Translations under genes and position numbers: made by a program
Shown here: positions 54,062 through 62,999 of the stretch, piece by piece
How positions within the stretch are numbered: the first letter of the stretch is position 1
Layout of the letters: every line of letters begins with the position of its first letter
Notes under the pieces: model-generated
Database searches by the model: none
What the model was told of the DNA's origin: nothing
The model's input: only the letters and a program-made list of their open reading frames with translations
From: a virus
Lineage: Duplodnaviria > Caudoviricetes
DNA: 64,000 bases
IMG/VR virus record: IMGVR_UViG_3300027917_000018
Span: 96,001 to 160,000 of that record
Strand: one strand, 5' to 3'

Positions 54062-55068
54062 AGGTCGCGCTCCCGCTTTACGTCGTGGGCGTAGTAGTCC
54101 AGCTTGAAGCCCATCTTTTGCGCCAGCCGCCACGGCGCTTCTTCGCGGGTCTCTGGCGGAAGGTAGCCCCTGTGGCGCAGCCAGTCGAAGGCGCGGGTCA
54201 GGTAGTGGTCGCCGTAGCCTCCGGCCATCGGGAGCGTGTGAACCAACTCGCCGTTTACATAAATGTCCGCCGTGTTGTAGGTGTTGCCATAGGTTCGGCG
54301 AAACCACCGCCTGCCGATGACGGCGACTTCGCGCAGGACAAAGTGCTTTTTCAGAAGGTCGCGGGCCGACACCGCCTCCTGTTGGGGCCTGGGCGGCAGT
54401 AGCGGCGCAAAGATGTTTACGAACTGCTCCTTCGGGAGAAGCCGCGACATCATGCTCATCAGGTCATAAATGTCGCCCAGCGGGATTGGCTTTTCGCCGG
54501 ATATGTCGTACCAGACCTTGTCCTTTTTCTCCCAAAAAGAGCCGCCGGATGGCAGATCGATGCGCCGCCCGGTCCATTCAGTCTTGCGCTTGAAAAACTC
54601 ACGAGGATTCACGGCCTCGACGACTTTGGGCCTGGTCTGCTCACGCGGCCAGAGCACGATGCGCCATTCACGAGGCCCGGCTACGCCGTCCACCCTACCG
54701 CTTCGCTGGCCTTTGCTGGCGTTGGGATACATTTTTGAGGTGTACCTGTGCATTTCGTCGGCGATGACCTGCTCTTCCTCATCCGTGAAATCCAGCAAGT
54801 CGGGATGGTTGGGATACCGCTGGAAGGTCTGCTCGAAGCCTAAAGCGTCTTCCACATCGTTGAGCAAACCGTACTCGCCGTCTTGTGGGAACACCGAGCC
54901 GTCGTCCCCAATGCCGACGGGCACGTATTCGGTCTGGTCATCGTCCATCATCGGCGGCTTACGGATCGCCAGATAGTAGCCTTCTCCGCCAGGTGGCAGC
55001 AGACGCGGCAGCCGCTTGATAATGGATCGCGGGCTCTCAGCCTCAATGATGTCGCGTGCCCGGCTCAT
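54058..55068 (-). CDS. leader-bearing three-module polyprotein
   Basis: MSRARDIIEAESPR; EAVNPREFF (54618), EAVSARDLL (54378). Confidence 0.75.
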   Translation of the reverse strand: MSRARDIIEAESPRSIIKRLPRLLPPGGEGYYLAIRKPPMMDDDQTEYVPVGIGDDGSVFPQDGEYGLLNDVEDALGFEQTFQRYPNHPDLLDFTDEEEQVIADEMHRYTSKMYPNASKGQRSGRVDGVAGPREWRIVLWPREQTRPKVVEAVNPREFFKRKTEWTGRRIDLPSGGSFWEKKDKVWYDISGEKPIPLGDIYDLMSMMSRLLPKEQFVNIFAPLLPPRPQQEAVSARDLLKKHFVLREVAVIGRRWFRRTYGNTYNTADIYVNGELVHTLPMAGGYGDHYLTRAFDWLRHRGYLPPETREEAPWRLAQKMGFKLDYYAHDVKRERDL

Positions 55069-55304
55069 TTTTGAGCGTAAGCCTTTTTGATCGCGTCCGG
55101 CGGATCGGCGGCCATGAGGCGCATGGTGCTGCCATCGTCGAAGGTGACGATGTGCATGACTTCGGGCATCAAGTCCGAAGCGGGCGTGTTGGGCTGGGCG
55201 ACCTCGGCGCTTACGGGCCGCCTGGCGCGGCGGGCCGCCTGGCTAAAGCGCTTGATTTTGTCCCGAGCGGACTCAGCCTCCAGGATGGTGCGCGCACGGC
55301 TCAT
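55065..55304 (-). CDS. leader-bearing small protein (MSRARTILEAESAR)
   Basis: ATG 55304 overlaps the upstream stop. Confidence 0.7.
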   Translation of the reverse strand: MSRARTILEAESARDKIKRFSQAARRARRPVSAEVAQPNTPASDLMPEVMHIVTFDDGSTMRLMAADPPDAIKKAYAQK

Positions 55305-55561
55305 TTCCACTTTCCTGGCGTCAGCAGCTTCATGCGCTCGATCGCCTGGATCAGTTCCTCGGGGTCTAGGTTTTCACCAAGCGCTTCGAGCCACGACCGG
55401 ATGCGCTCCCGGTAGTCGGGATTTTTGCCTTTCCAGACCGGCCAGTTGTTCATCCAATCATGCCGTCCGATGACCTGTTCAACGAAGTCGGCAGCGAGGT
55501 CTTCAGCCTCGCTGATGCGCGGCGGGTGATAGTGGAGTGTAGGGTCCATCTGTAGGTACAT
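55301..55561 (-). CDS. small protein with leader-like ISEAEDLAADFVE
   Basis: First gene of the minus-strand leader cluster; start uncertain. Confidence 0.5.
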   Translation of the reverse strand: MYLQMDPTLHYHPPRISEAEDLAADFVEQVIGRHDWMNNWPVWKGKNPDYRERIRSWLEALGENLDPEELIQAIERMKLLTPGKWK

Positions 55562-55596
55562 ACGTGAGCGGCGAGGCACAGACTTGCCCAAGGCGA

Positions 55597-56001
55597 ATGC
55601 AGGAAGTAGGGCCTTGGAAGAAGGCAGAAAACGTGGACTCATGGGAAGCCCGCGACGGCCACCGCTTTTGCTCATTCTGCGGGTGCCTTCACCCGGACGA
55701 GTTCCTGGAGATGGCCGAGTCGGGCGAGCAAATTATCCCGACCGACAAGAGCTACAAGGTCTATGTAAGAACAATGGGCACAGGTGTTTGCAGCATGTGC
55801 CGTGGCTCGGGCAAAATGGAGGATGGCCGCAAGTGCCCTGTATGCCAGGATGGTCGAGCCTGGAGCGGCCCGCAGCTCAAAGCCTATTTTCAGCACTTTA
55901 GCGAGGAGCAGGCTCAGCGGTTCACACGGTTGCACAATGAGAGACGGCTGATCATGGCGCATCCTGGTCACTTTTACGTGAAGCCGTTCTTCTGGAAGTA
56001 G
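55597..56001 (+). CDS. hypothetical protein with inserted DnaJ-type zinc finger
   Basis: CSFCGCLHP; CSMCRGSG..CPVCQDG. Confidence 0.6.
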   Translation: MQEVGPWKKAENVDSWEARDGHRFCSFCGCLHPDEFLEMAESGEQIIPTDKSYKVYVRTMGTGVCSMCRGSGKMEDGRKCPVCQDGRAWSGPQLKAYFQHFSEEQAQRFTRLHNERRLIMAHPGHFYVKPFFWK

Positions 56002-56003
56002 AC

Positions 56004-56789
56004 ATGGCAGCGAACCCTTGTGGCATTTTACAGGCACTGGTCGCGTGGCAGATGTCCGTCATCGCCTCGCTGAACAAGAAATTTGCCGCGCTTCAGCGCC
56101 TGACTGAGCTGTTGGAGCAGCTGGGCGACATCTCCAACGCCCTGCCCGCCAGCCTCGATGAGCTGGTGCCGGTCATCGACATCGACCTCGACGTTTACAC
56201 GGCGCTTCAGGTCAACTGTCCTTTCCTGAACCTGCCACCGGCCACGACCGAGGACCTCAACGCGCTGAGAAGCCGCGTAAATGCGGCCTACGCGCTCCTG
56301 GCGCGGGACATCCTGAAGCATCCCTGGATCAGAATGAACAAGGTTCAGGCCATGCTCAACGACTATCAGCAGAAGGTCAATTACCCGTACGGTGAGGACT
56401 ACATCCGCTGCTTGAACAGCGTATGTGCGGCGATCGGTGCCGTGGGCGGCTTTCTCTCCAACATGAGCCAGGTCAACATCGTGAGCGAGCTGGCCAACTT
56501 TGGAGAGAACTTCGTGCGAAACAGCGGACGCGTGCTTTCGGACGCGGCCAAGATCAAGGCCGAAGATGCACTCGACGTTTACAACGGCCTGCTGGACCTG
56601 CGGGACGATACGCTCCAGGACTTCCAGCAGCCCGGCTCGCCGCAGCGGCCTCCGTTGCGCCTGGGCCGTTACGAGGAGCCCGATTTCACTTTCCAGGACG
56701 ATGCGTGGCGCACGAGTTTCCCCGATGGTTTTCCGTCTGGCGCGATTACCAACGTGGGCAGCGTGATACCGCCGTCGGCGCAGCAATAA
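56004..56789 (+). CDS. hypothetical protein (possibly structural)
   Basis: 261-aa helical ORF. Confidence 0.6.
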   Translation: MAANPCGILQALVAWQMSVIASLNKKFAALQRLTELLEQLGDISNALPASLDELVPVIDIDLDVYTALQVNCPFLNLPPATTEDLNALRSRVNAAYALLARDILKHPWIRMNKVQAMLNDYQQKVNYPYGEDYIRCLNSVCAAIGAVGGFLSNMSQVNIVSELANFGENFVRNSGRVLSDAAKIKAEDALDVYNGLLDLRDDTLQDFQQPGSPQRPPLRLGRYEEPDFTFQDDAWRTSFPDGFPSGAITNVGSVIPPSAQQ

Positions 56790-56826
56790 GTTGAACCGGT
56801 TGGAGAAACGAAATAAGGTAAACAGA

Positions 56827-57009
56827 ATGAAGCATCCTGACGATGGAAAATTCGTGGTCGTACAGGGCAGCGAGCGGATGACCGGCACAATGGACGAAAG
56901 CGCGGCCAAGCAAGAGGCTGAGCGCTTGCGCAAGCTCCAGGAGGGCAAGCAGCAGGAAGGCCAGCCGCCCGCCGAGGCACCGAAAGTAGTGCAGAACCTT
57001 TACGGTTAA
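56827..57009 (+). CDS. small hypothetical protein
   Basis: AGG RBS; 60 aa. Confidence 0.5.
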   Translation: MKHPDDGKFVVVQGSERMTGTMDESAAKQEAERLRKLQEGKQQEGQPPAEAPKVVQNLYG

Positions 57010-57024
57010 TCTGTTCTATGCTTT

Positions 57025-57756
57025 GTGCCCGCCCGACGAAAGAAGGCTAGACGGCCAAGAGAAGTTCAAGGCGCTCCGGTTCAAGCCGAGCAAGCGCCGC
57101 CGCAAGAAGCGCTGCCAGAAGCGCAGAACGTTAATCTTCCGGCCAGGCTACCGGTAGCTCAGCCCGGTGAGCCCAACATTCCCCGCAGTGCCGAGGATGT
57201 CGTGGCCAACGTCATCAACCGGCAGCTCCTCGACGAAATCGAGAATCCGCCTGAAGCCGACCCGCTCGATCCCGAAATTATCAGCCTCCAGGAAGTCCTG
57301 AAGGCCATCGATGAGGGGCGGCCCGTCGCGGAGCTGACGCCGTTGATTGCCCACGCCACCAGCGGCCAGGACCAGCTTGACACGCTTGTTTACACCCATT
57401 ACCGCCGGTACCGAGCTAAGAAGCTTTTGCGGTGGCTGGAGAACGACGCCCACGCAGATCGGTTCCTGAATCGGGCTTTCCGCCGTGGCGACTTGACGCC
57501 CGCCGAGGCCCTTGTCTTCAAGCGCCTGGCCCAGTCCGAAATCAAGGAGCAAGCCATGCAGATTCTAAACGAGCTTCGCGAAGGTGCCCCGACCGTCGCG
57601 CCGGAAGAGGCAGCCACGCGTATCGACTACAACCTCCATCAGACTTCGGATCGCACGGTCATTACCAAGACGTTTGAGAAGATGACGCCGCAGGGCCGCG
57701 AGATTGTGCGCAAGCTGATCTTTCGGGCTAGGACAAAACTGTTTACGAAAAAATGA
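57025..57756 (+). CDS. hypothetical helical protein upstream of terminase
   Basis: 243 aa; position is compatible with a small terminase but no motif was recognised. Confidence 0.5.
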   Translation: MPARRKKARRPREVQGAPVQAEQAPPQEALPEAQNVNLPARLPVAQPGEPNIPRSAEDVVANVINRQLLDEIENPPEADPLDPEIISLQEVLKAIDEGRPVAELTPLIAHATSGQDQLDTLVYTHYRRYRAKKLLRWLENDAHADRFLNRAFRRGDLTPAEALVFKRLAQSEIKEQAMQILNELREGAPTVAPEEAATRIDYNLHQTSDRTVITKTFEKMTPQGREIVRKLIFRARTKLFTKK

Positions 57757-58076
57757 TCGCGACGCTGAGCAGTTTTACTCCGGTCAGCGATTCCACGGAC
57801 AGCACCTATTACTACTCGATTTCAAATTCCGAGCACACTGCTCCCGAGTTCCTGCCGGGTTTCTATTTGCTGCGTTACGTGGACAGGTATGCGTCGACGG
57901 ACGAAATCTATAAGCTGATCCATGCGGCAGAAATGCGCTGCCGTGATTTGAGCGGGCTTTATCGCACGCCGCGTAAACAATTTCCCCTTCGAGCGTTTCA
58001 GGCTCCCCGAGTGATTCGCCAGCCGTGCTGGTCCGCCAGGCGGTGGCGCTCCGTCACGTAATCCGTTCTGTAAGGC

Positions 58077-58604
58077 ATGAGCACGCAGCCGCCAATCGTG
58101 GCGGTCATCGGCGCGCCGACGCTCGTGCCGCGCCTGGTGACCGCGTTGAAAGAGAAGGGCTACCACGACCCCATCGTGCCTGACGACACTGAGTTGCAGC
58201 ACGAGCCGTCGATGCGCAAGTTCCTGAGCTACGCCAGTCCCGACGTTTTGGTGATCGCGCAGGACCGTGTTAAGGCCGAGTCCGCGAGCATGGTTCAGGC
58301 ACTGCTGACCGGCATCTTCGCGTTCCAGTGTTCAATGGGACTGGCCAAGGTCGTTTTGCTGACCGGCGTATGGCCGGACCCTGAATTCTGGACGCTCGTC
58401 AACATCGGCCAGGTCATGATGAAGGAGGGCAAAATCACGCTCGGCTGGTACCTGAAGCACCCCAAAAGCCCGGCCATGCTCGACTGGGCGGAGGAGTCGG
58501 TTCTAGCAATGCGTGAGCTTTTACAGGCGCAAGAAGCGAACCAGAAAAGCGCCCAAGGCCAGGACCAAAAAGAGCAAGTGCGCAACGAAGTGGTGTCGCA
58601 ATGA
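58077..58604 (+). CDS. degenerate Rossmann-like (epimerase/reductase N-terminal-like) protein
   Basis: VAVIGA..L..KGY...EL......FL....PDVLVIA layout; weak. Confidence 0.35.
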   Translation: MSTQPPIVAVIGAPTLVPRLVTALKEKGYHDPIVPDDTELQHEPSMRKFLSYASPDVLVIAQDRVKAESASMVQALLTGIFAFQCSMGLAKVVLLTGVWPDPEFWTLVNIGQVMMKEGKITLGWYLKHPKSPAMLDWAEESVLAMRELLQAQEANQKSAQGQDQKEQVRNEVVSQ

Positions 58605-59007
58605 GCGGGCGGTCAACAATACGGGCCGCCTCCTGCGGCATTGCTGGAAATGCCGATCACGAATGCTCAAGGAGCGACACCCCGAGACCTACGCCCTTAA
58701 CGCGATGCGCCAACGCGCCAAGCAGCGCGGCATGCCGTTTACCATTACGCTCAGCGAGTGGCGGGAATTTTGTCGAAAGACCGGTTACCTCGAAAACAAA
58801 GGCAAGGAACCCGATTCCTACACGGTTGACCGGATCGACGACAGCAAGGGCTACCACATCTGGAACATCCGAATTTTGAGCCATGCCGAAAACAGCAGAG
58901 ACCAATACCGGAACTTCGAGCCGGGCGAAGAAAGAGAATTCGCCGACGAGGAGGACTTCAGCCAGGACGCCCCGGCGTACCAGCCAGAGCCAGGCGAGCC
59001 TTTTTAA
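58513..59007 (+). CDS. HNH-like (His-Me finger) endonuclease
   Basis: F.ITL..W..F..G....TVDRIDDSKGYHIWNIRIL..EN; N-terminal Cys pairs; start uncertain. Confidence 0.7.
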   Translation: MSFYRRKKRTRKAPKARTKKSKCATKWCRNERAVNNTGRLLRHCWKCRSRMLKERHPETYALNAMRQRAKQRGMPFTITLSEWREFCRKTGYLENKGKEPDSYTVDRIDDSKGYHIWNIRILSHAENSRDQYRNFEPGEEREFADEEDFSQDAPAYQPEPGEPF

Positions 59008-59008
59008 G

Positions 59009-59260
59009 GTGCCAGAAAGCTTACGGATCGGCCAAAGCGAGGCTCAGGTCCTGGTCTTCGTTTACCAAAATCCAGGGCTGGACCTGGAGGAATGGCCGGA
59101 CCATGTGCGCCGCCTTCGTGCCGTGGAGAAGCTGCGCAAGGAGCGACGTATCACGCGGAAGTACTTCCCGACCCGTTATTACTTGAGCCGGTCAGGTTAC
59201 CCTGTGGCAAGTTGGATTGTACGGTTAAATGGCCTCCAGCAACACAAGTACGCGATCTAA
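59009..59260 (+). CDS. small winged-helix-like protein
   Basis: GTG 59009 follows TAAG; basic helical pattern. Confidence 0.4.
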   Translation: MPESLRIGQSEAQVLVFVYQNPGLDLEEWPDHVRRLRAVEKLRKERRITRKYFPTRYYLSRSGYPVASWIVRLNGLQQHKYAI

Positions 59261-61316
59261 GCCTCGTCGGCTGTCCCGGCAGCAGCGGATCGATCGCGTT
59301 TTGGAGCTTGGTTTCGCGGGCGAGGACGTTGACAAGCTGTTGGAGGCGCTGAACGAGACCGAGCGCGAATGGCTTTGGGACGAGCTGGCCACGCTCAAGC
59401 GCACCGAGTCCGTTAAGGAGAAGGAATCCAAGCGCTTTGACTTTCTCCACAACCCACCGTTGATGGAACAGTACATCAACGACGACTATTACCTGGGAAA
59501 AACGCTGCGGCCCAGCGAGGAGAACATCGGCATCTACCCGCGCTGGGCGCAGGTCCTGACCAGGGATTTCAACATCGATTCCAGGATTCATAACGCCGTG
59601 ATCACGGGATCGCTTGGTATCGGCAAAACCTGGATCATGGTGGCGATCCTGCTCTACCGAATCACGGTCACCACGCTGCTGCGTAACCCGCAGAACTTCT
59701 TCGGCCTGGCCCGTGGCTCGAACATCATCTACAACATTCTGTCGGTCACACGAGAAACCGTGCGGCAGACCGCCTTTGGGGATGCCATCAACTTCATGAC
59801 GGCCAGCCCCTATTTCCTGGAGGAGCTGCGCTTTGACCCGGAGATGGAGTACTCCAAGTCAATCGTCCCGTTCCGCAACAACATCTTCCTGACGGCGGGT
59901 TCCAAGGGGTGGCACGTCTTAGGACGGAACGTCCTGGGCGTGGGCCTGGACGAGGGGAACTTCCGTTTGGAGCAGGACCCGGATGAGCGAGCCTACTCGC
60001 TTTACGATCAGGTGCGGACCCGTATCAGCAACCGGTTTCAGAAGATCGAGGGCTTTCTGCCCGCCATTTCGCTGATCGCTTCCTCGGCAAGTGACGAGTC
60101 ATCGTTTACGGAAACGGTTATCAAGGACATTGAAAAGGCTGGCAGCCCGTCGACCCAGGCCGTTTACCGGGAGCCCGTTTACAGAATCAAGCGGCACGAG
60201 CTGAAACTGGGCAAGCGCTGGTTTCGAGTCTCCTACGGGCTTAAGAATCAGGAGCCGTCGATCATGCGCGGCTGGTACTTCGAGAATGGCGAGCCGATTC
60301 CCGAGGAAGGGCCGCACGAGGACCCGCCCAAGGGAGCCAAAACAGAGCTGGTGCCGGAGATGTACTTCGCAGACTTTCGGCGCAATCCTCGGGTAAATCT
60401 TCAGTCGGTTTCAGGCATTTCGACCGGTGGCAGCCACCGGTTGTTCTCCTCAATGATCGATGTGGAGCGCTGCATCGAGATTTCGGAAATGGAGGGCGTA
60501 GTCAACCCCGTCAAGGGCCAGCAGCGTCTTTTGCCCATTTCGGTAGAGGACAACCTGAACCTGTGGGACTACATGGTTCATTCGACCTTCCTGACCCGCG
60601 TTCAGTCGAAGGTTCAGCCCAAGCGGCACCCGAACCGGCTGCGCTACGTTCATTTGGACTTGGCCACGGTCAGCAAGGCAGGCATCTCGGTCTGCCACTT
60701 GGTTGGCGGCAAAAAGGTCGAAGGCGTGATCCGGGACGGCGAGCCTTTCGACGAGTACCGCCTGATTGTCGAGTACGACTTCATCCTTACGATCTGCGCA
60801 GGGCAGGTCAAAGGCATCAATTTCGACAAGATTTGCCGATTTTTCTTCTGGCTCCGGGACATGTGCGGCTTCCGCTTCGGGCTGATCACCGCAGACTGGT
60901 TTCAGTCGGAAATGCCTCTGCAAACGCTTGAGGCTGCTGGCTTTAAGGTCGACAAGCAGTCGTTGGATAAGGACAAGGCGGCCTACACCGCCTGGCGGAC
61001 CGGATTTGAGGACTTGCGAATCCGGCTCTATCGCCAGGATGAGATGCTGGATGAGGCGGAGCAGTTGATGGAAGGTGACAAGAAGTTTGACCATCCGGCA
61101 ACCGGCTCGAAGGACACAACCGACGCCTGCGCCGGAGCCTACTTTAACGCCGTCAACAGCGACGAGCGCACGACCTTGCTGACTCAGGCTGTGCCGAGTA
61201 TCCACGGCTACACCACCGAGGAGGCGCTGGCTTTGCAAGCCGGTGGCCAGGCCATCATGGAGATTCCGCTACCGTCGAGAACCTATCGAACCGTCAAGGA
61301 GCACCGGCTGAAGTAA
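59229..61316 (+). CDS. terL: terminase large subunit
   Basis: VITGSLGIGKT (Walker A), VGLDE (Walker B), YVHLDL and KDTTDACAG (RNase H-like nuclease). Confidence 0.9.
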   Translation: MASSNTSTRSKPRRLSRQQRIDRVLELGFAGEDVDKLLEALNETEREWLWDELATLKRTESVKEKESKRFDFLHNPPLMEQYINDDYYLGKTLRPSEENIGIYPRWAQVLTRDFNIDSRIHNAVITGSLGIGKTWIMVAILLYRITVTTLLRNPQNFFGLARGSNIIYNILSVTRETVRQTAFGDAINFMTASPYFLEELRFDPEMEYSKSIVPFRNNIFLTAGSKGWHVLGRNVLGVGLDEGNFRLEQDPDERAYSLYDQVRTRISNRFQKIEGFLPAISLIASSASDESSFTETVIKDIEKAGSPSTQAVYREPVYRIKRHELKLGKRWFRVSYGLKNQEPSIMRGWYFENGEPIPEEGPHEDPPKGAKTELVPEMYFADFRRNPRVNLQSVSGISTGGSHRLFSSMIDVERCIEISEMEGVVNPVKGQQRLLPISVEDNLNLWDYMVHSTFLTRVQSKVQPKRHPNRLRYVHLDLATVSKAGISVCHLVGGKKVEGVIRDGEPFDEYRLIVEYDFILTICAGQVKGINFDKICRFFFWLRDMCGFRFGLITADWFQSEMPLQTLEAAGFKVDKQSLDKDKAAYTAWRTGFEDLRIRLYRQDEMLDEAEQLMEGDKKFDHPATGSKDTTDACAGAYFNAVNSDERTTLLTQAVPSIHGYTTEEALALQAGGQAIMEIPLPSRTYRTVKEHRLK

Positions 61317-61321
61317 TTAAG
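61313..61321 (+). promoter_or_regulatory. GTAATTAAG motif (candidate late promoter)
   Basis: TAATTA ends 4 nt before ATG 61324. Confidence 0.55.
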
Positions 61322-61323
61322 GT

Positions 61324-61653
61324 ATGGCTGACCGCGTACAGCTTCCACCTTATTCGATGTGGGCCAAGACTCCCGCCTATCCGGCGACGGCGGACGGGCA
61401 GAACATCGTCGTGTTCGGGATGTTGCAGGACGTGATCGTGCCCGACCCGACGGATGTAACCTACAAGGTGCCGGTGGGAGCGCGCTACCGCCTCGATTTG
61501 ATTTCGCAGAGCTTTTACGGCGTTCCCGATCTGTGGTGGGTGATTGCGCGTGTAAACGGAATTCTCGATCCGGTGGTCGGAGCCACGCCGGGTGCGACTA
61601 TCCGAGTGCCCACTAAGGCTCGGTTGGCCAGGGAAGGTCTGTTGAGCGTCTGA
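61324..61653 (+). CDS. LysM-like baseplate/tail protein
   Basis: RLDLISQSFYGVPDLWWVIARVNGI.DP...G.TIRVP. Confidence 0.8.
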   Translation: MADRVQLPPYSMWAKTPAYPATADGQNIVVFGMLQDVIVPDPTDVTYKVPVGARYRLDLISQSFYGVPDLWWVIARVNGILDPVVGATPGATIRVPTKARLAREGLLSV

Positions 61654-61669
61654 GCCAGGAGCAAGCGAT

Positions 61670-62149
61670 ATGGGATTACTGACTGAGAACAAGCTGAAAT
61701 CGGTTATCGAGCTGCCCATTGCCCTGCCCGCCACGAAGGTCAGGCAGGGCGACTGGCTGATCGCCGCCAGCGTTAAAATCAGCGGTCAGCAGCGGCTATC
61801 GATCCGCCACATGACATTCCAGTTGTCGGAGGCGAATGTGGATGTGGGCGACATCGAGCCTGGCAATAAGGTCATCCCGAACCTGGGGCTGGCCTACGTC
61901 GTTCTGCGCAAGGACTACGTCTCGGGTGTTCCGGGCGGCAGTGGTGCGCTCGATTCACTTTATCTCGACGATATTGGCTCCACGACAACGAGCACCGTAT
62001 CGGCGCTCTACAGCGAGGCCGGAACGTACTCGATTCTCGTGGCCAACAACATGCAAGCTGTTTCGGGCGTGACAATTCCGACGAGCACGTCGATCGATTT
62101 CACGCTGGTTCTAACCGGACACATTCGCCTGGAGCTGATCGGTGCCTGA
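61670..62149 (+). CDS. virion protein, paralog family B
   Basis: ELPIALPATK..; ends FTLVLTGHIRL; similar to 62996. Confidence 0.55.
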   Translation: MGLLTENKLKSVIELPIALPATKVRQGDWLIAASVKISGQQRLSIRHMTFQLSEANVDVGDIEPGNKVIPNLGLAYVVLRKDYVSGVPGGSGALDSLYLDDIGSTTTSTVSALYSEAGTYSILVANNMQAVSGVTIPTSTSIDFTLVLTGHIRLELIGA

Positions 62150-62999
62150 TCGACCCGTCAAAGCTTTCCTGAGCCGGGCGCATTACAGCGCCGAGCTTTG
62201 GGCGTTCACCGAACATGAGCTGTCCGGCGACAATGCCAGGCGATGCCAGCGGGACGGCCAATTCTTTTACGAGCGGTTGGGCGGTGAGCCCCTGCGTGTC
62301 ACTCGCGGTGGCGGGGTGCCGGGCGCAACGGGCCAAGATCAGAAAGCGGTTCAAGAGTTCGACAACGCAATGCGGGCTCTTTATCGCGGGCGTTCTCAGG
62401 GCCAGGAGATTCAGGGGCCGGTGTTGGTTAAGGCTTACGATGACCCCAACAACCTGGCCGAAAATGAAATGGATGAGCTAGCCACTGAATGGCGCTGGGT
62501 AAAGGCCACGCATGACGGTCGGTTCATTGGCTGGTACGCCGCCGAATCCGACCCACGAGCTTTCTTCAGCAAGTTTTCGCGGGAGCGCGTCGCCGAGCAT
62601 GTTCAGAAGAATTTGGAAGGCTGGGGATGGACGCAGCAGTACGATCTGATCACCGTTCGCTACGACTTTCCGGGGCTTTTTATCAACTGGCGCGGTGATG
62701 GTGCCCAAGCCCACGCCAGGATTAAGCTCAAGATCAAACCTCCAGCGGTATTTCGGGATTTGTTTGTGAAGCAGACCGTCATCGGAATTGGGGACGTGGA
62801 CCAGGTCTACATTCAGCTGATCGACGTGGACCAGGCTCTTCCGCCGATTGGGGCTTGGACCAAGACCTTCTGCACCAACCCCGAAAAGGACGTGCCGACA
62901 TACGAGCAGGCCCGGTCCGCCTTCGAGATGCTGAGACGCCAACTGGAAATGCGTGCCATCAACAAAGGCCAGATGATTTTTGGATGGGGACAAGCATGA
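62142..62999 (+). CDS. hypothetical protein in structural cluster
   Basis: 285-aa ORF overlapping both neighbours. Confidence 0.55.
   Translation: MPDRPVKAFLSRAHYSAELWAFTEHELSGDNARRCQRDGQFFYERLGGEPLRVTRGGGVPGATGQDQKAVQEFDNAMRALYRGRSQGQEIQGPVLVKAYDDPNNLAENEMDELATEWRWVKATHDGRFIGWYAAESDPRAFFSKFSRERVAEHVQKNLEGWGWTQQYDLITVRYDFPGLFINWRGDGAQAHARIKLKIKPPAVFRDLFVKQTVIGIGDVDQVYIQLIDVDQALPPIGAWTKTFCTNPEKDVPTYEQARSAFEMLRRQLEMRAINKGQMIFGWGQA

Noticed and set aside
53306-54307. ORF-track 5' extensions (for example 54307, 28155, 38445, 24992, 31776, 16128)
   Set aside because: They overlap upstream genes; downstream ATG/GTG starts (mostly coupled to the upstream stop or at the leader motif) give cleaner starts.
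28275-55304. Reading the [ST]-P-[RK] part of the leader as a eukaryotic CDK phosphosite, or the leader as a Tat/Sec signal
   Set aside because: No twin-arginine consensus or hydrophobic h-region; the context is a bacterial virus; the invariant Glu and internal recurrence fit a protease/targeting site better.
57025-57756. Naming this the small terminase
   Set aside because: Position is suggestive but no recognisable motif; left as hypothetical.
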